A program made the position numbers and the translations under genes. A stretch of 62,199 nt of DNA, counting the filler, from Rhizaria sp. SCN 62-66 (taxonomy: Eukaryota): assembly GCA_001724265.1 (NCBI GenBank). It is 2 parts of 2 records of this genome, joined end to end, with 100 filler letters (N's around TTAATTAATTAA, not from the genome) between each part and the next. Parts side by side here need not be neighbours in the genome. Positions count along the whole stretch, not along the records: positions 1 to 31,314 come from MEDY01000359.1; 1 more part is not named here. One strand, 5' to 3'. Each line of letters begins with the position of its first letter. Within the stretch, counting starts at the first letter, position 1. Below are positions 11,401 to 23,976 of the stretch, piece by piece. The notes below the pieces were generated by a model, which was given only the letters and a program-made list of their open reading frames with translations, was not told the DNA's origin and did not search any database.

Positions 11401-14400
11401 ATACATCGAGTCCAGCCCGGTGAGTTCAGACTGCAGGGACTGCAGCAGGGACTGGGACTGCGTCTGAGCCTGGACCTGAGCCTGCAATTGTGACTGGGAC
11501 TGGGACTGGGACTGAGACGGAGCCTGAGGCTGAGACTGAAACTGTGACGTTGGGTTAGTCTGTGGTTGGGCAGACGTCGTCTGTTGCTGTTGAGGGAAAC
11601 TGAGAGCAGCAGCACTAACAGAAGAGGAGTTGTTTGATAAGCCAGCGCTCGCGTTAGAGCCGCGCGCAACATCAGAGTGAAACGACACGTTGCTGCCGCT
11701 GTTGTTGTTGCTTTTACGCTTCTCAATCGCGCTTTGCAGCTCGTTGTTTTCGGCAACATTGCGCTCGATTTCGCTCCACAGAGCCTCCCGATGGCGCGCC
11801 CCGACCCACCGGCCGGCCCGGCCCAGCAACGGCTCAGTCGCAGCGCCAGCGCTCGAGACTGGTGCGACGCCGGGCAGAGTGCTGAACAGTGTCGGAACAC
11901 CGGGGTTCGCGGCCGCCGCTGTGGAAGCCGCGAGAGAGGTCGGAATCAGCGCCGAGTACGCGTGGCCCGCGAGTTGCGAGGTCAGCGGGGCGACGGGGAA
12001 CTGGGGCGGGTAAGGAGTCGTGTAAGGGGCCGTGTCAGGGTCTAAGTAGTTGGTCGCGACGGGGGGAACGAAGTGACCTAAGCTCGCCCACTTAGCAGCC
12101 TCATCCCCAGTGTAAGTGCCCTGCGCACCGCTGTAAGTAGGCGCCGAGCCGGGTAAGGGCACAAACCCCAGTCCCCTGGGCCCAGCGCCGGCCGCCAGCG
12201 CCCGCCGCTGCCGCTGTGCCGCCGCGTCAGTGCCCATGTAGTCGCTGGCGCCCCACTGCCACTGCCCGTCGCCGAATCCAGGCTCGCAGCCACTCACGTC
12301 AGCGTGCCCCGCCGCGTTGATGCTCGTGTCGGCGTTCCCGTCGCCGCTGAGATAGTTGTTGTTGTTTGAGTCGAGCAGAGGGTGGTAGCCCATGTGGAAC
12401 GGCGGCAGCAACGGTATCAGCCTCGGCCCCACTCCGCCCGCAACATCGGCCGACACCGGCATCGGCGGCGACGGAAACAGCGGCGGCGGCAGCGGTAGCT
12501 GCCAACCGCCGGCCCCACCGTGACCGGGGGCAGCGCCCGGGACCGGGAGGAAGGGTTGCTGAGTCAACAGCGGCGGGTAAGGGTACGGGTAAGGGTACGG
12601 ACACCCGGGCGTCTGGCCAAAACCGGGCGTGCGGTGCCTCGAGCCGCGCGCCGCCATTGCTGACTCAGCAGCGTGATCGTCGCCACCAGCGCCATCAGCG
12701 TGAGGATCGGTGACGTCGCCGTCCCAGAAGTCCGCGCCAGCGCCCAGCGTGAGGCCGACCGAGGCAGCGGCGTCGGCGGCCGCGGCGTGGCTGCCGCCGC
12801 CGTGTGCGGTGCCTGCGCGCGCGATGGCGGTGACACCGGCGGGAATGGCAGTGCTGCTGCGGGGGACGTTGACGTTGTTGCTTTGAACAGAAGCCGCCGC
12901 AGTGTTGTTCTTGTTCGCAACGATGGAAGAGTTACCACTGTTGACGCTGTGAGTGTTTGAGTTCGTATTCGCAGCGTTCTTATTCGCAGCGCTAGCGTTG
13001 TTCTCATTGGCACCGTTGATCATGTTTGTGAAGATGTTGTTTCCGTTACTCTCGTCGCCGCCGTCGTCTTCCTTGTTCAGCCGACCCAGCGCAAACAGTG
13101 AAATGAGCCTCTTTGCATCGCTCTTCTTCCGGGGATCCAGCGGCAGCGAGGGAAACAGCGCGAAGGTCCCCTCGTCGTCACTCTGCTGCACGGCAGCGCC
13201 ATCAGCAGTCGCGTCAAGGTCGTCCTCATCGTTGTCCTTCTTGTCTTGCTCCGTCGCCTCAACCACCGTCACTTGCTTCAGAGCCTTGAGATCCTTGCCG
13301 CTTCCTTTGCCCTGCGCAAACTTGAGCGCGACTTTCGCCGCCGTCATCGCCTGCAAGTCAAGCCGCACCCGTTCGCGCTCACCCGCGGCCTGACTTAAAA
13401 CCACTGCGTCCTTGACCGCCCGCTCGGCGCGCTCCTTCTCCCTCTGCAGCAGGCACAGCGTTTCGTCACGCAAACTGACCGCGCGCGTCAGCTGCGTGAC
13501 CTTGGCGGCGTGCGCGGCCGCGACTTCCTCGATGACGACGCGCGCGTGTTTTGTCTGGTGCAAGTCCTGCGCCTGCATCGACAGCAGTTCGTCGCGGCGC
13601 TGCAGCTCCTCCTCGCGCGCCAACAGCTCCTGCCGCAGCTGCTTGATGTCGCTGCGCGCCTCGGACAGGTCAGCCAGCAGCGCGCCAGCCGTATGCGGCA
13701 GCGACGCCGGGTCCGGGATCCCCGACGCCAGCACGCCGCCGCCGCCGTCGGTGTAGTACTCGGCTCCAGCACCAGCCCGGCCGGCGAAACCGTAGTGGCC
13801 GTGGGCGGCGGCCGCGGCGGTCGGGATTGCTGAGTCAGCGAGACTGTGGGCCGAGCGCAGCATGGACAGCGCGTCGCCGTAGCCGCGCTGCGCGGCGTCC
13901 AGCTCGCGCGAGAGGGCCGCGATCGTGTCGGCGGCGGCGCTGTCGGGGGCGATTCCACTGTGAGAGTGGCCGGGAACAGAGCGGCTAGTCCAGTTGCCGT
14001 TGCCGTTGCCGTTGCCGCTGCCGTGTTGGATGAGGGAGGAAACGCGGGGGCTTGATCCGGACTGCTGCTGCTGCTGCTGCAGTCGCGACTGGGACTGGGA
14101 CCGTGAGCGGGAGCGGGAGCGCGCCACGCTACTCCCCCCACCAGCAGCGCTCGCACCCACACTCATATTACTGTTGTTGATGTTATTGTGGCTGGGATTG
14201 TGGCGGCTGGGACTCGCGGTGTAGCGACTGCGATTTGTGTGGCCAGAGGCGATAGACGACGGCGACATCCCGCGCGACCGCGAGGGACCGTGAGCAGCCT
14301 CAGCGCTAGAGCCGGCGCCGGAGACGGAGTGGTGGCTGCTGTAGTGACCGTGAGCGGGCCGGGGGCTAGGACTGGCGCCGCTGCGACTCGCACCGCCGTC

Positions 14401-14958
14401 GCCGTAGCCGTGGGGCGCGTGGCTGCCGCTGGCGCTGCTGGCGCTGAAGCCGAAGGCGATACCGCCGCTACCGCGCGCGCTGTGGCTAAGGCTGTGACTG
14501 CCGCTCATGTAGTTGGTGTTGTGGGCTGAGCCGGGGCTGGAGGTTGAGACCGAGCTTGTGCTGAGGCTGGGGCGGCGGTGAGGGGAGTGCCGGGATAGGT
14601 AGTCTGTCGCAGCGGCGAGCGCAGCAGCGGCCTCGCTCCCACCACCACCAGGACCGAAATTGTTATTGTTGTTGTTTGATGCGTCAGAGAAGGAAACGCG
14701 GCGCGCGCTCGAGAACGCGGCGTCCTGCGTCGAAGACACGCGCGCTGGGCCATACGACAGCAATGATGGCGGCAAAAAGTGTCCGCCATGCGCGCCGGGC
14801 GCGGCGGAGAGCGAGAGAGCCTCGCCGATGTCGGCGGCGGCGACAGCAGAGCGCTGGTGCGCGATGTGCCGCTCCAGCCGAGCGCGGGCGTCGGTGACGG
14901 GGCCGGACGGGGTGTACCGCGCCGAGGACGGGGCGGAGCCGCGGTCGCCCGGAAACAT
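8407..14958 (-). CDS. Hypothetical ~2,183-aa coiled-coil/low-complexity protein, reading through an in-frame TAG at 10933-10935
   Basis: Track ORFs 10933..14958 and 8407..10932 abut in the same frame, separated only by one TAG inside a heptad-like segment (LLQQQEQIAQLQA*LDAANATVQKQRQQLESQ). Ends at TAA 8407-8409, followed by AT-rich sequence. No family recognised. Confidence 0.75.
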
Positions 14959-15799
14959 CCGCGTGAGACGAGTGCACAGGGGCTGTGCAAGGGCGAGAGT
15001 CGAGGAGAAAGAACAAGGCGAACTCTGGGAAACTGAAACTCGGCGAGGGTCCTGAAACGAGATTGAGGGAGGTAGAATCAGGGTATATGATGGCTTTTAG
15101 GCAATGAAATTGAAAAGATTATACGTTTTCGTTATTTTCAGTCTTGTTTTCATATTGGCAGAAACAACAACGGAGTTCTATGCGGTGATCAAGACTGTCT
15201 TTTATCATCGGGCTGAGGAGGCGCGCACGACCACGAACCCTAGCGCGAGGGTCAAAGGGAGACCGGATATCTCGCTGTTCAAGATGCGATGCGCGGTAAG
15301 ATGATCGTCAATGGCTGTGATGTTCTATTATGCTGCTTCTCTTTTACTTTTACGTATTTTCACAAAATATTTTTATGATCCATGGCGTTGAAGGCTGTCA
15401 ACCGCAGTCAGATGTCGTCATCGACTCAAGACCATTCTTTTTGCTTCACCATCTCAACTCCTCATGGCTTTCTAGCCTATTATATGCACTGTTCTTATCA
15501 GTTTCTTGGGGTATGCGCTGCTTTGCAGTTTCTTTTTTGCCTGCTGCTGATGTTTTCACCCCTGTGTGTCAATGGTTCACCATGTACTGTGAAGCTGGGT
15601 TCGAAGTGATCAAGATCTCAACAACTGCTGCAACAACAACACAGTCTAAGATAGTCGCGCCGTCCCTGATCCTCAATGTATATACATGTATTTCATTTTT
15701 TCACAGTATTGCTAATGTTCTATGCTAACATTGTTTCTCCACTTCTTTATCTTGCTTTGCTCTGCACACATAGAGCGTTCTCAAGCCTCTCGTTTGAAC

Positions 15800-16765
15800 A
15801 TGCTTCGCTCCCTCGCCCTCGGCTCGCGCAAACGCGCCAGCGCTGCCCTATTGAACGCCACAACAGCGGCTAGCGCGCGCTCTTTCTTCTCGGGCAGCGG
15901 CAGCGGCAGCTACAATAGCGCCCTCGCCGCCGCCTCCTTCTCAACTCTCTCGAACAACAACAACAGCAACAGCAGCAGCGGCGGCAGCAGCAACCGCAGC
16001 GGCGTCGGCCGCCTGGCAGTCACCCTCTCTGCCCCCGACGCGCGCCCCGTGCTTTACGTCTGCGACGTGCAGGAGACCTTCCGTCCGCCCGTGTTGCCGC
16101 AGCTGCCGGCCGTGATCGTCGGCGCGCGCGCGCTGATGCAAATCGCCAGGGCGCTCGACATGCCCGTGTTCGTGTCGGAACAGCGCCCGTTCAAGCCCAC
16201 GGTCGCCGAGCTCCGCACGCTCTACGACCCCGCGGCCACGGGTGACGCCGCCGCGGCCACGAGTGCCCCCACGAGTACCCCCGCAGGTGCCTCAGGTGTT
16301 CCGAGGGCAGCTCCCGGCGTGACCGTGGTGGGCGACAGCGAGGTCGCGTTCGCCGCTGAAGGGCTGCACCCCGTGACGCTGCTGCACAAGTCGTCCTTCT
16401 CAATGCTCGGCGACGGCCACGCCCCGCGCCTGCTGGCCGGGTACCCGCGGGCTGTGGTGCTCGCGGGCATCGAGGGCCACGTGTGCGTCCTGCAGACGGC
16501 GCGCGACCTGCTCCAGCGCGGCGTGTCGGTGTGGCTGCCCGCCGACGCCGTCGCCTCGTCGGACCCCGCGGCGTGCGCGGTCGCGTTGGAGCAGCTGCGC
16601 GCCGACGGGGCCGTCATCACCACCGTCGAGTCCGTGGCCTTCGAGCTCATGGGCACCGCCAAGAACCCGGCGTTTAAGAGCGTGATCGCCGTGATCAAGG
16701 ACCTCAAGAAGAGGAAAGACGAGCTCGCGGCGGCGACGGCGGCAGCGGCAGCGGGGAAGCAGTAA
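15800..16765 (+). CDS. Isochorismatase-family (ISOC-like cysteine hydrolase) protein with probable mitochondrial presequence
   Basis: Motifs VCDVQE, VFVSEQ, KSSFSM, VLAGIEGHVCVLQTARDLL, ADAVAS and ITTVESVAFEL. Arg/Ser/Ala-rich N-terminus MLRSLALGSRKR from ATG 15800. Stop is TAA. Confidence 0.9.
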   Translation: MLRSLALGSRKRASAALLNATTAASARSFFSGSGSGSYNSALAAASFSTLSNNNNSNSSSGGSSNRSGVGRLAVTLSAPDARPVLYVCDVQETFRPPVLPQLPAVIVGARALMQIARALDMPVFVSEQRPFKPTVAELRTLYDPAATGDAAAATSAPTSTPAGASGVPRAAPGVTVVGDSEVAFAAEGLHPVTLLHKSSFSMLGDGHAPRLLAGYPRAVVLAGIEGHVCVLQTARDLLQRGVSVWLPADAVASSDPAACAVALEQLRADGAVITTVESVAFELMGTAKNPAFKSVIAVIKDLKKRKDELAAATAAAAAGKQ

Positions 16766-17355
16766 GCTGCGAGAGCTCCGCATTGTGGTATTGGTGTGTA
16801 ATTTGCAGGCATGGAGCCTATATCTTCTTTCACTAAATTATAAAACGATAAATTATTATAACACATGTGTGGATATGTACGACTGTCTATTCTTGGACGA
16901 AGTTATGCTTGTTGTCACTGTGTTTATCTTTGAAAATAGTCTCTTGCTACACTTAAAAGTGTTTGTGGTGGAAAGCAAAGTTGCTACTGCACCTGTTACA
17001 CACTTACCATTGCGTTGACGAGCAACGGAAAGCGCTTGAAACCAGCATGATGAATCAAAATGGCAGCCTAAACGCTGCTTGTTGAGTGATCTTACTACTG
17101 GTGCTTTCTTACTCATCCAATGTGCTCGTTGTGCATCAGCCGGATTCAACAATCATGAATTCAGTGGTACATGAGACTCTGTCAAAGAAATAACAAGATA
17201 AAAAGTAGAATGTATTTTAGAAATTTCTATTTTATTGTGAATATTGCATTGCCTGTAATATACCCTTCAAAAAGATGGAATTAAACATTTGGCAAATAAA
17301 GATATTTAGATACTAAATTATTGACACTTTGACATAAAATGCTTCACAGTGTTGG

Positions 17356-17427
17356 TCCCAAATAGGATAACGGCTAGTCCGCGTCGCTTTCACCGTCGAG
17401 ATCCGGGTTCGATTCCCGGTTTGGGAG
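17356..17427 (+). tRNA. tRNA-Glu, anticodon TTC (17389-17391), intronless
   Basis: 72-nt cloverleaf: acceptor TCCCAAA/TTTGGGA plus G discriminator, anticodon loop CTTTCAC, T-arm CCGGG-TTCGATT-CCCGG. Followed by a T-run. Confidence 0.95.
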
Positions 17428-17429
17428 CC

Positions 17430-17440
17430 TTTTTTTTTTT
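17430..17440 (+). terminator. RNA polymerase III oligo-T terminator of the tRNA gene
   Basis: Run of 11 T starting 3 nt after the tRNA 3' end. Confidence 0.75.
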
Positions 17441-19937
17441 CCCTCTACTCGCAGCCTCACTCCTCGGCCACAAGGCACATCTGGACTATTTCTTTTTGTT
17501 TTGCTCAACTTCATCTCCATCGTCATCAGTGCCCGTGATACTATCATGGTTGATACAGCTGTAATTGCAATTGTTAGCAAGTGTGCCCAACACTACTGCA
17601 AAGATCACAAAGTTTCCGCATTGTCCCTACACTCGCCAGTCTTTGTGCCAAGAACTCTGTAGCCGCACGGTGCCCGGACCGGCACGCCCAGTTCCACAGC
17701 GTTGACTCTTGTAAGCACATCTATCATTATGCCTGTTGAATTGCTTTGAGTTGTGACACTGTGTGAGTGTTTCTTTTGATGACACATTACTAGTATACTA
17801 TTTTTTTGTGCAATTCAGGAACACAAGTGACGCTATTTGTAGCCGTAGCTAAAACGACTGCAACTGCACAACTCTTCATGTGTCGAACGCTTCTCAGTTT
17901 CTTTTGTTTGTTCGCGATTCTGTTGCTGTCCGATTCCTCCAGCTTCTGCCATGATAGAGTAGCAACCAGTCTCATGCTACTAGTATCAGCGCCGCGGTGA
18001 GTCTTTGCGCCACCACTGCTGCGGCCGCCGCTGGTGCAGCCTTAGCAATAAAAAAATATTCGTCCTTTGTTCATCTTCTCGACATTAGCCTTCCCAAACC
18101 CCGAGTAAAACTAGGTTCAAACTTAGTCTTTCATATATATATCTACCAATTTGAGTAGATCACTTGAAAAAAGCGATATTCATTTGTGAAAATAATACTC
18201 ATATGATATATTCAACACATATGTTGACATATCACTATTCCGCCTATATAACTCAAGTTTTAGTTGCAAAACCGGCCGGCGCGGTCAAAATTTTAATTAA
18301 ATATACTGCTCATTCTTTTATGTTAAAATTGCAATTATTATTTTTGAAGCTATTTTAGATGAATTATAAACAATATGACTATCACCAAAAAAATAGAGAA
18401 GATTTGGGGGAGATATCAAATGGAATATATATAAGGACAATCTTTATTATGATTCATCACAGTTTCAGCAGTCATAGGCAACATGGGGGACGGCATACTT
18501 GTATTGGAACACTGCTAACGAATTCTTCAAGTCAAAAACCTGACGATAGATATCAATCATGACTTGAAGTAGATACACCGAGAGACTAGCAACGTCGCAG
18601 CACAACCTTACACTCAGGCCTTAAGGAAATCTCATTCTTTCACTTGCCTCGTGAGGAGATTCCTTCGCAGATGTTGCGGAGCCAGCACCGCCATTCGCAG
18701 CGCCGTCGCGCGGCCGTGGTGTCATCATTCGCCAAACCTCCCGTGGCGAGGTCAAAACGCTTTGCATTGCGGGTGACCCTGATGTACCTCATGCGCGTCG
18801 AGTCGCTTGATCGATGACATTAACTGCATCGCAATGGCAGTTTCGGGAATATCGTCATTACAGCTCTCAGTTCCATTGAGGATATTATTCAAAATAATAA
18901 TTCAACGACACACGTTGAAAGTTTGAGATGGGTGGAGACGGTTGGTTGGGCATGTATCGGTCAGTTACCAGTGGTCAGATGGCCTTCCATCACTTGGTCC
19001 TGACCATACGGTGACCATGGTGATTTCGTGATGTCCAGACCCTTGTGCTGACTTCGATTTCTCCTCGTGGATATCTTTCATCCTTCCGTTGAACTAGATT
19101 TCACGGCGGTCTTACAATATTTAAGAGAGATTCATATTAGTTCATGAAATTAAAATGTAATAGGAGGCTTTTATCACCAGCAACGCGACAAGTTCACGAA
19201 TGGCCGCTCAGACTTCATGGCTACCCGTTGCCAACACTTCAGACAGTCTCGTCTAGCTCCGCAGCTTGCGAGGCTTTGGAACTAGGGGCGCTCACTAAGA
19301 CGCACATTACGGGAATGCTTTGTTTGAGACTTGCGGGCGCTTCTTAGCGTTTTATTTGCAACACAACAATTCATCGAAACAGTCGCAGTCGCATGACGAG
19401 CAATGCCTCCTGCTTGCTTCAATGATAGCTTGACTGCACCCACGCTTTCGCAGTCACTGAGCTCCCACTAGAAGCTACTCTGCTGCCTGTACAAATCGAG
19501 CGTTCTTAGCATCAGTTTTGTTTTTTCTGTTTGCGCGTTCAAACGCTCTGCTTACGCGATCGCTCAATGCTTTAGACAACAAGCACACTCAATGCACTCC
19601 TGTGTTGCTCTGCGATGCGAGGTCAAGATGACGCGCCGCGTGACCGCTTGCCCGCACTGACATATCCTCCGCATTTGTTGCAGTGGAGCACCGCAGTGTT
19701 CTGTGTTGAGATGAACAACACAGCGCACATCTCTCGCAAGAAACAGCAAACGAACTTTGATCGCGGTGGCCGTTGCAAAGCTCTTTGCGAGCAAGGATGG
19801 CTAGAATGAACAGGAGGCCTCAAGAAACCAATTAATTTGTGTACGCTGACTTTTTATTGATTATTCTCTCAAATATTTGTCTAATTTCTTTTGTTCTGCG
19901 TTGTTTTTGGCTTCTCGCAGAGCCGCCTTCTCAGCAC

Positions 19938-21318
19938 ATGGCCGGCGCCAGCGCCAGCGCCAGTGTCAGTGCCAGCGCCAGCGCCAGCGCCAGCCTGGGT
20001 GTCAGCGCTAGCGGCGGCAGTGCCACTGGCAATGCCCGTGTTAGTTCCGTCAGCGGTGTAAGTGGCAGCGGTGTAAGTACCGCCGGCGGCGTAAGTACCA
20101 GCGGCGTTGACTGGTGCGCGCGGCTCCGGGGCTTCGTCACGCTGGTGCCCGGGGTGTGCGCGTTGATGTCGACGTATCACACGCGCGTGCTGCTGGGCGC
20201 CGCGGTTGTTGCCGTGCTGCTGAGCGAGTACTACGACGTCACGCTCTCGAATCACAGCAACAGCAACAGCAACAGCAACAGCGACATCTACAACGACAAC
20301 AACAACACTCTCACAAACGCCGCAAACGCTGCGGCTGGCGGTAACAAGAGCGTTTCGAATGCTACTAGATGGAGTTTTGAGCGGAGTGAGCGTGTGTTGG
20401 CGATTGTGCTAGGTATTGCATGCTTTGTTGCGGCGCATTTTGGCACTCATGCACTCTCCGCAGCATTCTACAGTACTATCTTGGTACGTTCGTAACAACA
20501 CATTGAACAAAACAGCAGAGTAAAACAAGTAGTTTTCATCACTTGTCCCTCCGTTATTCAACTTAATTTTGCTCTATTTTTCTTTAGTTGTTTTTATTTA
20601 ACAGTATCAAACTTGATTTAACTTAATATCTATTTGTTTCCTTGATGTTATCGCGCAGATGTCGTGTTTTTCCGCGCTCGCCGCCGCCGCCGTGGCCCCG
20701 CACCAGGCTCCGCCCACGGTCTGCTGGGCCGCTCTCACTCGGGCTCTGGCCGCGCATTGCTGGCTGTCGTATCTCTTTGCGCACGCGGGGCTGCTGCACG
20801 CACTATCCCAGCAACAGCAGGCTGTATTGGACACGGCGTTGGCGAGTGCACAGACTGCGGCAACCTTAACACCAGTTCACGCCGCCGTCTCCCCGCTTCC
20901 CGGCGGCCTCTGGCTGGTGCTATACCCCATTCTCACCGTCGTCGTGGGCGAAAACACCGGCCTTGTCGCCGGCGCGCTGCTGTCCCGGCTGCAGGGCGCC
21001 GGCGCGCACCGGCCATTCCCCACCTTGTCCCCGCGCAAAACGACCGTGGGCTACGCGGCCCAGGTCGCTGGCTCGGCGCTTTCCGCGGCCTATCTCGGGG
21101 CGCCGGAGCGGGTTTGTCTTAATATCATGCTCGGGGCCGCGTTTGGCGTGGTGGGCGCGGCGGGGGATTTGGTCGAGTCGCTGTTTAAGCGGGCGCACGA
21201 GCGGAAAGACGCTGGTGCCTGGCTGCCCGGCTGGGGCGGACTGCTGGACCGACTCGATGGAATTCTGTTCGCGTTCCCGTTAACCTTTTATATCTATACA
21301 CTTTTTACTCCTTATTGA
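19938..21318 (+). CDS. Phosphatidate cytidylyltransferase (CDP-diacylglycerol synthase, CdsA/CTP_transf_1 family), divergent. Exons 19938-20483 and 20659-21318
   Basis: C-terminal family signature SPRKT...GDLVESLFKRAHERKDAGAWLPGWGGLLDRLDG and several hydrophobic helices. Phase-0 AT-rich intron GTACGT...GCAG at 20484-20658. Stop is TGA. A possible 5'UTR intron (GTACGC...GCAG) lies at 19841-19920. Confidence 0.8.
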
Positions 21319-21931
21319 CGTAATAGCGAAGTTGTATTACAAGAAACAAGTCTTTATTCAGGTTCCTCGCACTGATAATCAAGTCTCCGAGCGTGTTAAA
21401 GTTTCAGATCTCAAGTGACTGTGAGCACCCTGGGTCTGGGCGGCCCGCAAGCCGAACTGCGACGTCACAGACCTGGGTCGGAAATTTCTATCAGACACTT
21501 GCTGTTTCTACGGCGCATGCCCGCGTCTAAAACTTAAATGTGAAGGAAGCGGCGCTTATGTACTTTATTATGTTATTAGATTTTCAAGTCTAACGCCGTT
21601 CTTCGTCCCCATTTTCACTCGTAATCCAACGTTGACCCCACGTTGATATGTCCAAGCTACCCACAATATCTCTTTCTCTCTTCCACCCTTCGTCATTTCC
21701 TTATTTCAAAACCACTCTATATAGTATTCTCACACACGACATTTTCTTCACCCTGACATTGCTATTTCTTTCATTTGATTCGACTAACCACCTCAAATAT
21801 ATCTTCCGTAGACACAAACCCGTCCACTTTCCCAGCCTGCCCGTCGCTGCCAGCCCCCAAAAGCCCTCTCGCTGCCCCGCGTTTCCGCTTTTGCCCCTCG
21901 CCCCCGCCCTGCCCGCACCGTTTCCGCCACG

Positions 21932-23976
21932 ATGCTCGCCTCCACCCCCGCCTCCGTGGTCACCTCGGCCCTCCGCGCCGCGCGCGCGACCCACGCCGTG
22001 ACCGTGTCCGCCGTCAAGACCTACTGCCCCGGCGCCGCCACCGCGACGCTCGCCACGGCGTCCCGCACGCTCACGGCCACCGCCGACGGCGCGCGCTTTA
22101 TCCGCGGCCTTGCAAGCGACTACGCGCGCGCGAACCCGCCCCTCGCGGCGCTGGTCACGACCTTCAACGCGCCCCTCGCGTGGCTCGCCGCCAACGCCGA
22201 CGCCACCGCGCGCAACCTCTCGTTCAAGAAGCCCCGCTCGAGCTACGACTCCGAAGTCGACGCCGAGGCCGAAGCCGAGCACGACTCGCGCGTCGGTTCG
22301 CTCCCGGCGCCCATGAACCCCGTCGCGGGCCGCTTCTGCGCCGCCTTCGAGCGTGCCGTTGCCTTCCCGCCCGCCGTGCTGCCAGTCACGCTGCTGCCGC
22401 CCTCGGCGCTCTCGGCCATCGGCATCAAGGCCAACCCGCCGCGCCTGCCGCTGTCGGACTCGTTCGCCGTCGTCGCCGCCGTCGCAGTCCTGCTTTTCCT
22501 GTTCTCGCGCCTCCTCAAGGGCGTCTCGGCCGCGCTCGGCCTCGGCCCCCGCCGCCATGCCAAGGGCCACGGCCCGCACAAGGGCACTGGCGTGGGCGCG
22601 CGCCCCAACGGCGTGGACCGCAGCGTGTTCCTGGTGGACATTGCGACGGTGGAGAAGTTCGACCCGCGCTGCGCGGTGACTCAGGCCCAGTGGTTCCCCC
22701 ACATCGTCAAGTACTTCGGCACCGAGCAGGAGGAGGTCGATTTCGACCGCAAGATCCTTGAGCGCAGCGGCATTAGCGAGACGACGCACCTGCCTCTGTC
22801 GATCCTGTCCAAGCCGCCGAACATCAACATCAAGACTGCGCGCCAGGAGAGCGAGACTGTCATGTTCGACGTCGTTAAGCAGCTGCTGGACCGCAACCGC
22901 ATCAAGCCGACCGACGTCGACATCCTCGTCGTCAACTGCTCTCTGTTCAACCCCACGCCCTCGCACGCCGCGATGATCATCAACCACTTCAAGATGCGCT
23001 CCGACATCGTGTCTTATTCCCTCGCCGGCATGGGCTGCTCCGCGTCCGTCCTCGCCACCGATCTGGCCAGTGACCTCCTCGCCACCTCGGCCAAGAAGGA
23101 CCCCATCGCCATCGTCGTCTCGTTCGAGAACCTCACTCAGAACCTCTACTTCGGCAAGGTCAAGCCCATGCACCTCGCCAACGTGCTCTTCCGCATGGGC
23201 GGCGCGGCTGTGATGCTGACCCGCTCCGCCAAGTCCGTGACGAAGCGCCACCCCGACGCCAAGTGGCGCCTCAACACGCTCGTGCGCGTGCACATTGGCG
23301 CCGACGACGCGGCCTACCAGTGCGTCTTCCAGGTGCGTCACACATTCTATCCCAAAACAAGAAACAAGAAAATTAATGATATGCTCATTTGATGTTTTCA
23401 TTCTCCATTTTCATTCATCCTGACTATTGCTCATTCACTTGTTTATTAAACTTTCTCTTGTTTTGCTTCATACAGGACTGCGACGACAAGAACCTGGTCG
23501 GCGTGTCGCTGTCCAAGGACGTGCCGCGCGTGGCGACCCGCGCGCTCACACTCAACATGTCTTCGCTCGGCCACCGCATCCTGCCCCTCTCGGCCAAGCT
23601 CGCGTACGCGGCGCGCGAGGTCATGCGTTCCGTGCGTACCAAGCTCTTCCGCCTCACCGGCGGCAGCGCCGAGGACGCCAAGAAGCGTTTCCCGCCCACG
23701 GTGCCCAACTTCAAGGCCGCAGTGGACTACTTCTGCATCCACGCCGGCGGCCGCGCGGTCATCGACGGCATCAAGGACACGCTCAGCCTCACCGAGAAGG
23801 ACGTCGAGGCCTCGCGCAGCATCCTGTACAAGTACGGCAACACCAGCTCCAGCTCCATCTGGTACGAGTTCCAGTTCACCGAGCGCAACAACCGGGTGAC
23901 CAAGGGGCAGAAGCTCTGGCAGATCGCCTTCGGCTCCGGCTTTAAGTGCAACTCCGCCGTCTGGGAGAAGCTCTAA
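21932..23976 (+). CDS. 3-ketoacyl-CoA synthase (FAE1/KCS-type very-long-chain fatty acid elongase condensing enzyme). Exons 21932-23332 and 23476-23976
   Basis: Motifs DILVVNCSLFNPTPS, GMGCSA (catalytic Cys), LFRMGGAAV, FCIHAGGRAVID (His), YGNTSSSSIWYE (Asn) and QIAFGSGFKCNSAVW. Phase-0 intron GTGCGT...ACAG at 23333-23475 joins CVFQ|DCDD. Stop is TAA. Confidence 0.93.

Noticed and set aside
17356-17427. The tRNA as an amber suppressor explaining the TAGs
   Set aside because: The anticodon is TTC (Glu), not CTA. I found no suppressor tRNA in this window.
17570-19830. Short ORFs and a KCAQHYCKDH zinc-finger-like string between the tRNA and the CdsA-like gene
   Set aside because: The cysteine pattern is incomplete, the frames examined are broken by TAA/TGA, and no coherent gene model emerges.
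21701-23401. 566-aa antisense ORF and many similar overlapping ORFs (e.g. 59..1162, 3784..4734, 59878..60852)
   Set aside because: These are shadow frames of GC-rich genes with no recognisable motifs.
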